DNA from: Octopus sinensis
Lineage: Eukaryota
Direction: 5' to 3'
Assembly: GCF_006345805.1 (NCBI RefSeq)
Contig: NC_043014.1
Location: forward strand, 40,176,001 to 40,240,000
Length of the DNA: 64,000 nt
Shown here: piece after piece, positions 24,958 through 39,101 of the stretch
Layout: each line of letters opens with the position of its first letter
Numbering within the stretch: the first letter of the stretch is position 1
Program-made: the position numbers and the translations under genes
The notes under the pieces: generated by a model
The model's database searches: none
Seen by the model: the letters and a program-made list of their open reading frames with translations, nothing else
Told to the model about the DNA's origin: nothing

Positions 24958-25929
24958 AGGCGGCGAGCTGGCAGAAACGTTAGCACGCCGGGCGAAATGC
25001 GTAGCCGGATTTCGTCTGCCGTTACGTTCTGAGTTCAAATTCCGCCGAGGTCGACTTGGCCTTTCATCCTTTCGGGGTCGATAAATTAAGTACCAGTTAC
25101 GCCCTGGGGGTCGATGTAATCGACTTAATACATATGTCTGTCCTTGTTTGTCCTCTCTGTGTTTAGCCCCTTGTGAGTAATAAAGAAATAGGTATTTCGT
25201 CTGCCGTTACGTTCTGAGTTCAAATTCAGTTGAGGTCGACTTTGCCTTTCATCCTTTCGGGGTCGATAAATTAAGTACCAGTTACGCCCTGGGGGTCGAT
25301 GTAATCGACTTAATCCGTTTGTCTGTCCTTGTTTGTCCTCTCTGTGTTTAGCCCCTTGTGAGTAATAAAGAAATAGGTATTTCGACTGCCGTTACGTTCT
25401 GAGTTCAAATTCAGTTGAGGTCGACTTTGCCTTTCATCCTTTCGGGGTCGATAAATTAAGTACCAGTTACGCACTGGGGGTCGATGTAATCGACTTAATA
25501 CATATGTCTGTCCTTGTTTGTCCTCTCTATGTTTAGCCCCTTGTGAGTAATAAAGAAATAGGTATTTCGTCTGCCGTTACGTTCTGAGTTCAAATTCAGT
25601 TGAGGTCGACTTGGCCTTTCATCCTTTCGGGGTCGATAAATTAAGTACCAGTTACGCCCTGGGGGTCGATGTAATCGACTTAATACATATGTCTGTCCTT
25701 GTTTGTCCTCTCTGTGTTTAGCCCCTTGTGGGTAATAAAGAAATACGTATTTCGTCTGCCGTTACGTTCTGAGTTCAAATTCAGTTGAGGTCGACTTGGC
25801 CTCTCATCCTTTCGGGGTCGATAAATTAAGTACCAGATACGCACTGGGGTCGATGTAATCGACTTAATCCGTTTGTCTGTCCTTGTTTGTCCCCTCTATG
25901 TTTAGCCCCTTGTTGGTAATAAAGAAACA
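24958..25929 (+). mobile_element. tRNA-derived SINE family A (Nin-like central domain): one 48-bp head plus five 185-bp bodies
   Basis: Head AGGCGGCGAGCTGGCAGAAACGTTAGC; B-box GAGTTCAAATTCC; GCCTTTCATCCTTTCGGGGTCGATAAATTAAGTACCAG resembles the Nin domain. Body starts at 25006, 25191, 25376, 25561, 25746. Flanked by AGGTGTC(C/T)CTAAGTTA (24942-24957 and 25929-25944). Confidence 0.85.
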
Positions 25930-26307
25930 GGTGTCTCTAAGTTACATAACAACGACGACAACGACGCAACACCTACAACAATGAGACCATTACAGCAACA
26001 ATCATCAGCAGCAGCAGTACCACCATCACCACCACCACTACCACGACCATCACCAGCAACAGAAGCAACAGTAGGGGTAGTGGAGGCGCAATGGCCCAGT
26101 GGTTAGGGCAGCGGACTCGCGGTCGTAAGAACGCGGTTTCGATTCCCAGACCGAGCATTGTGAGAGTTTATTGCGCCAAACACACCTGAGCTCCATGAGG
26201 CTCTGGCGGGGGTGGGGTGAACCCCGCTGTACGCTTTCACCACAACTTTCTCCCACTCTTTCTTCCTACTTCTGATTAGAATCCTGATTAGAAGAAGACA
26301 GTAGCGG

Positions 26308-26332
26308 TAGCGCCACCACCGCCACCACTACC

Positions 26333-26379
<47 letters not shown>

Positions 26380-26383
26380 CACC

Positions 26384-26423
<40 letters not shown>

Positions 26424-26543
26424 ATACTACTACTACCACCACTACCACCACCACCACACCACCACTACTACTACTACTACTACTACACCACCACCACCAC
26501 CACCACTACCACCACCACCACCACCACCACCACCACCACCACC

Positions 26544-26581
<38 letters not shown>

Positions 26582-26585
26582 CATC
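26308..26585. repeat. (CAC)n/(TAC)n compound microsatellite
   Basis: Visible directly. Confidence 0.95.
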
Positions 26586-26886
26586 ATCTCCGCCACAACG
26601 CTGTGCTGGTTAGTCTAATACCAAGAGTGGAATATGCACGTGTTCCATATTTTAAGGACCCTGCGCTAATTGAAAAATTGGAAAACAAACATTAAATGGG
26701 ACACACTTGCTTCTTTTGCTGAGATGCAAATTAATAGACGTGCCGTTACATTTCTCTATTTATACGTATTAAATTGGGTTTAATTAATTCTTTTTTTCAC
26801 ATAAATAAGATTGGCTGAACGAATTAGATTCCACGGGTGTGTGGCGGGTGATGCAGGAGATATTTGTCTGAAACTACCAAAAGTTG

Positions 26887-26961
<75 letters not shown>

Positions 26962-27396
26962 AATAATAATAATGATAATGATAATAATAATATTATTATT
27001 ATGATTGTTATTAATAATAATAATAATAATCTATTATATAAAATCCGCTCTGTCTGTCTGTGTGTGTGTCTTCTAGGATCTCGAGCATCCTCCATCCGAT
27101 TGCGCTCAAAATTGATATGTAGATACTGACGGTATCAGGGCGTGTATAAGTCTTGGAAAAATTACAAAAATCGATTCCAGGTGAGAATGCGATCGATAAA
27201 GCCGTGGGAACGTGCATTTGTAAAATCGTTTTCTTAGAATATCTAGTGTCTCAAATTTAGGTTAAATCAGTGATTCTCAAAGGGGATGCCTATGGGACGG
27301 TCGGACAAGTTGTTTTGAGAATATTTGGTTTAAATGTTTGACAACTCAGCATCGTCCATTGGACGGGGGGCATTTTGCTCGTAATAATAATAACAA

Positions 27397-27806
27397 CCAC
27401 AGATTTGTTTGTCAGTTGTTTGACCTTAACCAGTTGAGCATGTCCCTTAGTGGCTGACGATATGTGCATTTCTGATCACGAGCAGAAGTAGTGGGGGGGG
27501 GCATCATAGCCGTGTGTTGAAAGGAATTCTTGGAGGTTTGAATAATTCACCTTTGCAAACATGGGTGGTTCATTCAACGTCCTTAAACAATCCTTATTCA
27601 GGGACCTTTTGAGCAAGAGTCTAACTGGGCCCCTCCTGCTAGGTCATGCGCTGTTTATTTTGATATGAGATCACCATGTCGCGCACATATGGTTGTGATG
27701 CACGTGCCTGGTGTACCCTTATCAGACGGGTAGTCATGATGGGTATACTGGGCTTCGTATATTTTACCCCAGTGTCACTTTGATGGCATGCACTGCTCTC
27801 TCACTC

Positions 27807-27850
<44 letters not shown>
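27397..27850 (+). mobile_element. Retroelement 3' segment inserted in a TAA repeat (Dong/R4-like behaviour)
   Basis: GC-richer ~410-bp body preceded by (TAA)4 and ending in a long (AAT)n tract. The family call is inference. Confidence 0.35.
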
Positions 27851-27851
<1 letters not shown>

Positions 27852-28299
27852 CCTTTCTGCTAAAGGTACAAGGCCTGAAATTTTAGGGGAGGAGACTAGT
27901 CGATTACATCGACTCCAGTGCTCAACTGGTACTTATTTCATCGACCCCGAAAGGATGAAAAGCAAAGTCAATCTCAGCGGAATAATGATAATAATAATAA
28001 TTATTATTAAATATTAGGGCGAAGGAAGGATGAGAGGGAGAAACAAAATAAACGAAGTTTTTTTTAAAATAAGTAAGAAACATTTTATAATGTACAGTTT
28101 CTACTTTAAATTCATCTCATTAAACAAAAACTACAATACAAACAAGTTGAAATTATAATAGTCACGTTTTCGACGTTAGACTACGAACATTTTGTATTCG
28201 GGTTGTCAAACGGGAGAGGAGGATTTAATATACTTTAACTCACATTGTATTACTTGTTTCAGTCATTGGACTGCGGCCATACTGAAGTACCAGCTTGTA

Positions 28300-28759
28300 C
28301 GAGAGGGTACTGAAAAATTCCCGGCTTTAAGGTTATCGCGAAAGGACTTCTTGGAGGCCCAACATTGCGAGTTCTTTTACAGGGCTTAGGTAAATTAAAA
28401 GACACTGCAATAAGTTTGTGAATCTGAGAGGGGAATGTGCTGAATAGAATCATAATTAACTGATCCTCCTGTATTTTCTTTTACCCAAAGCCAGGAACTT
28501 TTCAAGATCCCCTCGTACGAATATATATATATATATTCATATACGAGGGTCGCTGAAAAGTTCCTGGTTTTAAGGGGATCGTGAAAGGCCTGGTTGGAAG
28601 CTCGCCTTCCGAGTTCTTTTACAGGGCTTAAGAGAAACTGAAGGACTGTTGCAATAAGTGTGTGAATCTGAGATGGGAACATGTTGACTAGAATCATAAT
28701 TAACTGATCCTCTTGTATTTTCTTTTACCGAAAGCCAAGAAGTTTTCAGCACTCCCTAG
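28300..28759. mobile_element. Two tandem mariner-type MITE copies (28300-28515 and 28544-28759) inside a SINE B tail
   Basis: TA-CGAG(A/G)GG..CTGAAAA..TTTTCA..CCCT(C/A)G-TA ends; the two bodies are similar. Confidence 0.7.
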
Positions 28760-28864
28760 TAAGGTTAGTCGAACAAATCGATCTCACTTCCAGCTAATAT
28801 TTGGTACTATAAGCGTAGTATTTATTCGAATCGGTATGTTTTGTCGAGCCGTTAAGTTGCACAT

Positions 28865-28948
<84 letters not shown>

Positions 28949-29629
28949 ATACAACGGATTTCTATACGATTTATGTCCATCAAATTCTCTTACATTAATT
29001 GACCCGAGGCTTATAGCAGAAGACACTTGCGGAAGGTGCCACGCGGAAGGTGCCTTGCAGAAGGTGCCACGCAGTGGGACTGAATCCGAAACTGCGAGGC
29101 TGTGAATTGAACTTTTTGACCACACAGCCATGCTTCCGATAACATCTTTGTTACTTAAGTAACGACACTATATTTTAATGAATTACAACAAAAATATGTG
29201 GAGGCACATGGCCTAGTAGTTAGAGCAGCGGACGAGGGATCGCGGGTTCGGATCTCAGACCGGGCGATGTGTGTGTTTATGATCGAAACACTTAAGCTCC
29301 ACGCGGCTCTGGCAGAAGGTAATGGCGAACTTCTGCTGACTCATTCGCCACAACTTTCCTCCTGCATCTCGTGACGGACCGGCGTCCAGTCCAAGTGGGG
29401 AACCTATACGTCATGGAAACCGGGAAACTGGCCCTTATGAGCCATGGGTTGAGAAGGAACAAACAAACAATAAAAAAAAAGAAAGAAAATAAAAAGTAAG
29501 TGCATCCCACAGGTTCCGCAGAGGCTTTTATGCTGCCTTGACAACACGTTTAAGGAGCTATAAAATTTCTAAAGAAGAGTAACATATAAACCTAACCTCG
29601 AAGAAGGTGACACTAGATAGCAATCATTT

Positions 29630-30196
29630 CAAATTTTTGGGATATGAACAGCAAAAATTTCAGGGTAGGGTGTAAGTCGATTACATTGACTCCAGTATTC
29701 AACTGGTACTTAATTTATCGACCCCGAAAGGACGAAAGACAAAGTCGACCTCGGCGGAATTTGAACTCAGAACGTAAAGACAGACGAAATACATATTTCT
29801 TTACTACCCACAAGGGGCTAAACATAGAGGGGACCAACAAGGACAGACAAACGGATGAAGTCGATTATATCGACCCCAGTGCGTAACTGGTACTTAATTT
29901 ATCGACCCCGAAAGGATGAAAGGTAAAGTCGACCTCGGCGGAACTTGAACTCAGAACATAAAGACAGACGAAATACATATTTCTTTACTACCCACAAGGG
30001 GCTAAACATAGAAGGGACCAACAAGGACAGACAAACGGATGAAGTCGATTATATCGACCCCAGTGCGTAACTGGTACTTAATTTATCGACCCCGAAAGGA
30101 TGAAAGGTAAAGTCGACCTAGGCGGAATTTGAACTCAGAACGAAAAGACAGACGAAATACCGCTAAACATTTCGTCTCGTTTCTGCCAGCTCGCCG
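29630..30196 (-). mobile_element. SINE family A, three bodies
   Basis: Repeated GACGAAATACATATTTCTTTACTACCCACAAGGGG junctions; head at ~30150-30196. Confidence 0.8.
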
Positions 30197-30524
30197 TTTT
30201 GAATCCCCTTAATATTAAAACATTTAAACTAATGATCAAGCAAATAATTAAGGGAAAAATTGTAACAAAATATATTTTCAAGCGCCAAGGAAATGTCTAC
30301 GACGATGTATAATTATATATATGATCATTTCCAAGGTAACCGAATACAGTTACCTTAGAAATGATTTAAAACAGCAAAAAAACAAAAAAACAAAACAAAA
30401 AAAACAGTAGTTTATTGTTTAGGTCCAGGCCAGTCCTCTTCGAGTCATTCCAACCGTGACCATCTTCATTGATTTTTGTTATTGTTAGTTATGATTATAT
30501 TTATAGTCATATATAACTATATAT

Positions 30525-30775
30525 GGTGAAGGCGCGTGGCTTAGTGGTTAGAGTTGTCAGCATCATGATAGTAAGATTGTGGTTTCGATTCCTGGACCGG
30601 GCGATGCGTTGTGTTCTTGAGCAAAACACTTCATTTCATATTGCTTCAGTCCACTCAGCTGGCAAAAGTGAGTAACGCTGCGGTGGACTGGCGTCCTGTC
30701 CAGCTGGGGAACACATACTCCATTGAAACCGGGAAACCGGGCCCATGAGCCTGGCTAGGCTTTAAAAGGGCGCAT
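30525..30775 (+). mobile_element. SINE family D (tRNA head, GTGTTCTTGAGCAAAACAC..CAGTCCACTCAGCTG core, GGACTGGCGTCC(T/C)GTCCAG motif shared with family C)
   Basis: Copies at ~56346-56683 (head duplicated), 55360-55507 and 17425-17580. Confidence 0.75.
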
Positions 30776-31998
30776 TTATTTTATTTTATAACTATATATG
30801 ACGATATTTATAGTCCTATATAGTTTTCTTTATAGTGAGCGGAAACTCGTTAGGGGGCAAGCGGACAACAGGATGCATCTTCAGAGGAAGAACCCCCGCC
30901 AAACAAGTGTTTCGGTCCGTTAGTTTTTGACACTCTAATGGGGCCGGCCCCACCTAGGTAATGATTCCTAGGTGTATTCCAGCTGATAGTTAAATACTGC
31001 CTTCAGTGGGAATTGAACTCAAAGTCTTTGGATGAGCCTATTGCTCGGCCACACAGACCACTGCACGAACTTGCACTATTTCAAGCTGGGTTTTCTTCCT
31101 CTTGTGTTTAGTGGCTTGCTGTATTGTTTTCCAGTTTCATCTCTCATTCCTTATTTATTTTTATTTTTCTATTTTTAAAAGTAATAAGTTGTAATGGCAT
31201 AAACTACAGAAAAGTGCCCCGGCTCTGACTTTGTTTCTCTTTAACTTTCTGAAAAACGGATATTTTCTTCAATGAAATTTTCTTCAAATATAGGCGCAGG
31301 TGTGACTGTGTGGTAAGAGACTTTGCTTTCCTACCACATGGCTCCGAGTTCAGTTAGCACCTCATGCAAGTAAGTGTCTTCTACTATAACCTCGACCAGA
31401 CCAAAGCCTTGTTAGTCGATTTGGTAGACAGAAACTGAAAGAAACCCGTCGTGTGTGTGTGTGTGTGTGTGCATATTTCCACACACGCCAGCTGAATTCA
31501 ATTCGTACCTAGCCGAAAGACACCTGTTGCTATGACCTGTTATTACTAATTTTATTGTATTTATATAGTGTATTTATATTTGTGTAACATTGTCTTTTTC
31601 CGTCCTTGTTTTTGTTTTTTGTATCGTCTATCTGGATGTTTTGTTGTCCCTTTTTGTATCACCTAGTTGTCCGGATTTTTGCGTTCTTGTCCCATTTTGT
31701 AATTTGTATATATATATATATATATATATATATTGCAACGTACGTACCCTTTGTTCTCTTATATGTAAGTACACATTTTACTATATATATTATATATATA
31801 TAGGAGATAAATAAAATATATGCATACATACAAACATATATGTACGTACCTACATCTACATGTATATATACATGCATATATAAATAATTATACGGAAGTA
31901 CAGGACATCACAATAAGACGTAGAAACAGAAAAAGCCAAAAAACAAAAAAACAAGAAAACGGAAAACGAAAAACAAATACAGGACAGGTTTATATATA

Positions 31999-32061
<63 letters not shown>

Positions 32062-32208
32062 TATATATATATATATATAATATATATTATATTATATATA
32101 TATTATATTATATATATATATATATCTATATATATATATATTGCAACGTACGTACCCTTTGTTCTCTTATATGTAAGTACACATTTTACTATATATATAT
32201 ATATATAG

Positions 32209-32246
<38 letters not shown>

Positions 32247-32294
32247 TGCAACGTACGTACCCTTTGTTCTCTTATATGTAAGTACACATTTTAC

Positions 32295-32325
<31 letters not shown>

Positions 32326-32622
32326 TATATTATATATATATATATCTATATATATATATATGTATATATGTGTGAGTGTGTATGTGTGTGTGTTCCTCCA
32401 TCACCACCGCTTGACAATCGGTGTTGGTGTGTTTACATCCCCGTAATCTAGCGGTTCGGCAAAAGGATTTCGGTAGAATAAGTACCAGCCTTTAAAAAAA
32501 AAAAAAGTCCTGGGGTCGATTTATTCGACTAAAATTCTTCAAGGTGGTGCTGCAGCATGGCCGCAGTCTAATGACAAACAAGTACTCTTTAGATGGTGTA
32601 GCTTACGGGTTATAACGGATTT

Positions 32623-33391
32623 GGTTAATATCTAGATCCGCACCCGGTGGAAAAAATGGAAACGCAAATGTGTAACAGTATATATATGTGTGTGTGTATA
32701 TATATGTGTGTGTATATATATGTGTGTGTATATATATGTGTGTGTATATATATGTGTGTGTGTATATATATGTGTTGTGTGTGTATATATATGTGTGTAT
32801 ATTATGTGTGTATATATATGTGTGTGATATATATGTGTGTGTATATATATATGTGTGTGTATATATATGTGTGTGTGTATATATATGTGTGTATATATGT
32901 GTGTGTGTGTATATATATGTGTGTGTATATATATATGTGTGGTATATATATATGTGTGTATATATATGGTGTGTGTATATATATATTGTGTGTATATATA
33001 TGTGTGTGTGTGTATATATATGGTGTGTATATATATATATGTGTATATATATATGTGTGTATATATATGTGTGTGTATATATATGTGTGTGTATATATAT
33101 GTGTGTGTATATATATGTGTGTGTGTATATATATGTGTGTATATATATGTGTGTGTGTGTATATATATGTGTGTGTATATATATATATGTGTATATATAT
33201 GTGTGTGTGTATATATATGTGTGTGTGTATATATATGTGTGTGTATATATATGTGTGTATATATGTGTGTGTATATATATATGTGTGTGTATATATATAT
33301 GTGTGTGTATGTATATATGTGTGTGTATGTATATATATGTGTATGTATATATGTGTATTTTTTCCACCGGGTGCGGATCTAGATATTAACC
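32623..33391. mobile_element. MITE family M3 (35-bp perfect TIR GGTTAATATCTAGATCCGCACCCGGTGGAAAAAAT, microsatellite-only interior)
   Basis: Exact TSD ACGGATTT (32615-32622 and 33392-33399). Confidence 0.85.
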
Positions 33392-34205
33392 ACGGATTTT
33401 GTTGTCAAAACATTTTTTCCCGAGGTGTAGCGGAGTTTTGATAAGTAACATACAAAACAGTAATACCGACGAATTCACTTCTGGTGATTTTCACAAGTTT
33501 TTCAAGTTATGCCGGTATCTTTGGAAAAAGTACGTCCATTTCCGTAAAAATTTTTTTTTTTTTTACATATGGGCTTGCGGGAACTTTTGAAGTAATGAGA
33601 GCGAAAGAGACTAAGAGAAAGCGATTGTATGACGAGGGAAGTTCTTTTGAAGTTACCGTGCATGTGAAGCATTGATGTACATATGTGTGTGTGTGTGTGT
33701 GTGTTTGATGGGGTGTGGGAGACAGACAGTATGTTGTGTGAGTGAAGTGCTTCTGTTAGTGTGTGTGAAGAGACAGAGAGAGTAATGTGTGAAAGAAAGA
33801 GATAACTGAAATTTTTTACTCAGTGTATGTGTATATGTATGTATATTACTTCAAAAGTTCCCGCAAGCCCATATGTAAAAAAAAAAAAATTTTTTTTTAC
33901 GGAAATCGACGGAAAGGTCTACTAGAGACGAAAGATTGCCAAAAATTTTTATTTGAGAAATTCCAGAATGAAACGGGAGGAAAAACTGAACGAACGTCCC
34001 AGGACGCTAACGTACAGTTTTCTGTACATACATATACGTGCGCACGCGAAAGGACATATACTTTGAAAAGAAGAGGGGTGACTTCGAAATTCCGATCTGT
34101 TTAGTTTTTGTTACTGTCAATCCTCTTCTTGAAAAAGTATAATAAATTATGATAAACATAATAAAGTATAGGGATAGTAAATGTTAAACTGTTTATATTA
34201 TAACA

Positions 34206-34591
34206 CTAGCAGTATCGCCCGGCGTTGCTCGGGTTTGTTTCGACCCTTTAGAATTGGAATTTTTGAAAAGTTAAAATTTTGCATTATGTAGCTTGTTATT
34301 CACTTTAAGTGAACATTTTTCTGGTTGAAATACACCGAAAATTGGCGACACAGCAGTTAAAACATCGTAAAAAATAGGGATTTTCATAGAAAAAAAGCAC
34401 CGTTTTGATGTAAATAATTTTTGGTGTTAACATGGTCCGATTTGAAATTTTTCTTCTTTGGAAGGAAGAGCAAGCCTTCTTCTATCATACTTTCAATTTG
34501 GTCAACTTGCACCGCAGGGTCTCGGAGGAGATAGTGTTAGTTGAAGGATACCAAACCTGCCACACACAGGCAACTTCAGCTTTATATAAGA
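34206..34591 (-). mobile_element. Non-autonomous Helitron
   Basis: Minus strand TCTTATATAAAGCTG...CCCGAGCAACGCCGGGCGATACTGCTAG. Partial copy at ~18878-19128; another Helitron-like 5' family at ~27030-27370 and ~47649-48040. Confidence 0.65.
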
Positions 34592-36004
34592 TAACACACA
34601 CATTAATACACATACATACACATGTAAATATGTATGTATCTATGTATGTATGTATGTATTATGTATGTATGTATGTATGTATGTATGTATGTATGTACAT
34701 CTATTTCTTTACTACCCACAAGGGGCTAAACACAGAGGGGACAAACAAGGACAGACAAACGGATTAAGTCGATTATATCGACCCCAGTGCGTAACTGGTA
34801 CTTATTTAATCGACCCCGAAAGGAGGAAAGGCAAAGTCGACCTCGGCGGAATTTGAACTCAGAACGTAGCGGCAGACGAAATACGGCTACGCATTTCGCC
34901 CGGCGTGCTAACGTTTCTGCCAGCTCGCCGCCTTATATGTATATACATCTGTCCACTTCTCTCCATATTTTCATCCGTCACTTCCTACACACACACACGC
35001 ACGCACGCACACACACACGCACACACACACACATACACACACACAAACACCACACACACACACACATACACACACACACACACAACACACACACACACAC
35101 ACACCACACACACACACATTCTTAGCTTACAATTTCTCTCTTTCAACAATTGACAATTGAAGTACGCTCGCAAATTAATTACTACCGAAAACTTAGCGAC
35201 AGAAAGTAAAGTAAAAAAAAAACCAATTTACCTTTTCTGTTGAGTTATCATGGCAATTCGAACTGTCTCTGGATTTCCTTAAATCCGTCTCTTTTTCTTC
35301 AACTGAACTTACTTCCTATCGTTTCTTAAAGTCCTTTTGTGAAATTTAGGAGTGTTTTTTTTTGTTCTTTCTCGAGAAACTTTTTGTTTCCTCGACACTA
35401 AAAAACTAACGGGAACTAGACAAACTGTCCCAGTACAATTGGTGAAATAGTGTAACTCATAATGTAAGCCGCTATGTGTCTTACGAACACGTATGCTCCA
35501 GAATGGTCTTGGCCATAATAGCTAAAACAAATCATGTATGTATGTATGTATGAATGTATGTATTTTATATCTATGTATGTAATTATATAGGTATGAATGT
35601 ATGTATGTATGTATGTATGTATGTATGTATGTATGTATGTATGTATATTTCTGCGGCTGTGTGAGTATTTTTCTCAGCCAGTCACCGAGTGACAACGATA
35701 TATTTATTGAAACCTAAAGCTACAATAAACCGCATTTGAGTCCGTACATCACAACATACCGGATTTTCGTTTATTCTCTTATGAATTCAAAACATGTTTG
35801 ATTAAGACGGTATAGATGAATGGCCAATAGGTGGGGCAACATTTATCTAACGGCTCCCATTATGTCATATGAATTCGGTAACGCAATTATGTGGGTTTGT
35901 TCGCTGGTGATTGTTATTATTTGTCTGTGTACGTGTGTGTATTTATGTGTACCTGTTTATGTATTCATTATGTGCATTCATTACATATCTATATATATCC
36001 TTAT

Positions 36005-36042
<38 letters not shown>

Positions 36043-36087
36043 CTTTATATACACATACACACATAGATACATACATACATGCATACA

Positions 36088-36120
<33 letters not shown>

Positions 36121-36220
36121 TATATACATACGTATGTGTGTATGTATGTATCTCTGTGAGTATACATTATCTGTCTGTCTGTCCGTCCGTCCGTCCGTCC
36201 GTCCGTCCGTCCGTCTGTCC

Positions 36221-36304
<84 letters not shown>

Positions 36305-36364
36305 GTGTACATATGTGTGAACGTGCGTGTGTGCTATGTTGCTATTTGTAGGCATTCACACACA

Positions 36365-36418
<54 letters not shown>

Positions 36419-36699
36419 GTATGTCCCAGCGCCCGCCTTCGTATTTATACATATGTTCATGTACTTTAATAAGTATATATACTTTCAGGTGTGTATATTT
36501 ATTTACCTGTAAATCTCAGTATGTATTTAGGAACGTCTGTATTCTAATTCGTTTTCGTCTAAGACGCCTGTTTTAATTCTCCAAGAGCTACTTTAACTAT
36601 AAGACAGTATTTCTCAACCATTTTCTGCCTGTGGACCCTTTTAATTCCTATTTTACTTAGATGGGCTCTCCTAGCTATTCGATGTTTTAAAAAATTATA

Positions 36700-37123
36700 G
36701 GATCTTTTCGGTTTCAACGGCAGTTTTTAAAAATAATTTCCACGTAACTAAACACTTTTAAACTTCGTATACTGGTAGAATGTGTTTATAAAACATCTTT
36801 TTCTCTTGGCTTTATTGAGAAAATTCTATGGTTTGTAACATCTTTGTTGTTGTTTTTTCTTCAATTTCTGCAATTTCAACCAATCAATGACGTCTATTGA
36901 GGTAAAAAACATTCTGTGCCGTATGAATATGTCCCTCGTTTAAGAAATAGATTGGGTTTATTTACATTCCGAAGAAAAAAGATACCCTTCCCCCACCCCT
37001 AACCCTAACTAACCCTAACCCAAAAACATTGAAATGCAATCGATCGATACTAGGGTCATAATTATGGGTGACAATTTCATATGACACTGCTAGAAAAAAC
37101 TGCCGTTCAAACCGAAAAATTCC
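36700..37123. mobile_element. MITE M1 (no recognisable TSD)
   Basis: Both TIRs and the body are present. An internally deleted 111-bp derivative lies at 48672-48782. Confidence 0.8.
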
Positions 37124-38289
37124 CAGAAATGTGTCCTAATTATTACCAAACAGTAGAACCCTTAATCCCATAAATATTACCAAAAAAAAGAAGAAAAAGA
37201 GAAAAAAGACGGGACGCTGGTTCGTCGCAGGTGAGATGCAAGAGGAAAGAGGAAAGAGTGAGAGAAAGTTGTGGCGAAAGAGTCAGCAAAAGTTCGCCAT
37301 TACCTTCTGCCGGAGCCGCGTAGAGCTTAGGTGTTTCGCTCATAACACACATATCACCCGGTCAGAGATTCAAACCCACGATCCCTCGACCGCGAATTCG
37401 CTACTCTAACCACTAGGCCATGTGCCTCTACACAATATATATATATTCTCTAACTTGAGTCAAGGAGGTCTATATAACGTCCTTGGTTTGTAAAAATGTA
37501 TACGGTAACGTCCTTTATTATTATTGTATATATAACATAATGCAAACGTGTAGCTTTTCAAATTTTCTTCGGGCGGCCCTAATTACCATGCTCTTCAGCA
37601 TATGATATAACTTCAAGTTTTAAAATAGCTGAATAAGATCTTCGAAGCATTTTATGGACATGCAATGTATAAAATGTTTTATTGGAGATTAATGTACAGG
37701 TTTAAGTCCAGCTTATAAAAAGCCCTAGTAAAGACCCACAGTAGTTCAAACACTTACTACTGGTATTTAATTAAGTATCTATTGTTTGCCACGGTAATAA
37801 TGCAAACTGCCTATACAAACAGCAGGATGAACTATTTAGCGCTAAACTATTAAGCGCAATTCGTGCGTAATTAAGCCAGCAGCACCTAGTCGAACAAACA
37901 CTTCCGCGCATGCGTAATACAATAATGGTGATGTTCTTAACTGTTATATGGGAATGTAAATATGTTTGCAAATTGTTTTTGTTACATGTTATTCTGTGTT
38001 CTGAATACTTTTATTTTAATAAATGTTGCTTACTGCAAGTTATGGATGATTCTTTTATGACTACATTGCTTTCAGGCTTAGCTTAAGGTATTTTTGCGCC
38101 CGACATCACAAAACATTGCCGGAATAAACATTGCCGGACAGCAAATCGAGACTCGGACATCGCTTAAAAAATATTTTTCATTTTTAATCTCTAGGGATTT
38201 TGACCTTTAAATTTTGGGGAAAAAATGCGAAATAATACTCTAGGGTTTACAGTATATATACATACATATATATAGATATATATATATAT

Positions 38290-38339
<50 letters not shown>

Positions 38340-39069
38340 ATATATACGCACGGTGATCACCACAAGCTTTAAGCTTATAAAAAGAAAGACAACAGTGGAT
38401 ATAGAACTTTGTTGTGTTTTCTTATTTCCCTTCCATCATCCTTACTCCGAAGAACTCTCCCCTAAACGCTGGATACTCCACTACCCACAAGGCAATTTTT
38501 CTACTATGCTCTCTTTCAGGTGCTTCTGTCTTCTATTTCTTTCTTCTTTCTTTCTTCTTTCCTTCTTCCTTTCTTTCTTTCTTTTTTTCTTTCTTTTTCT
38601 ATCTTTCTTTCTTTCTTTCTTTCTTTATTTATTCCTTCCTTCCTTTATTCTTTCCTTGCTTGCTTGCTTCCTTGCTTTCTAAATACATTGGCAAACGATA
38701 CACACACACGCACAAACACGCATACATGCATGCATGCATACATACATACATACATACACACACACATACATACACACACACATATACATACATACATACA
38801 TACATACATACACACACAGATATACATACATACATACATACATACATACATACATACATACATACATACGTACACACACACACATACATACATACATGCA
38901 TACATACGTACGTACGTACGTACGTACATACGTACATGCGTACATATATACATACATACGTACGTACATACGTACATGCGTACATATATACATACATACG
39001 TACGTACATACGTACATGCGTACATACATACATACATACATACATACATACATACATACATACATACAT

Positions 39070-39101
<32 letters not shown>

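Noticed and set aside
24958-25929. CRISPR-like or satellite interpretation of the array
   Set aside because: No unique spacers; the units are bodies of a dispersed SINE.
32603-33441. Long YT/YI/CV-rich ORFs here and at 35820-36469, 38414-39251, 42871-43530, 43899-44745 and 63167-63896
   Set aside because: Translations of microsatellites, open in several frames.
37895-37917. CTTCCGCGCATGCG (ETS/NRF1-like site)
   Set aside because: An isolated short motif without other promoter evidence.
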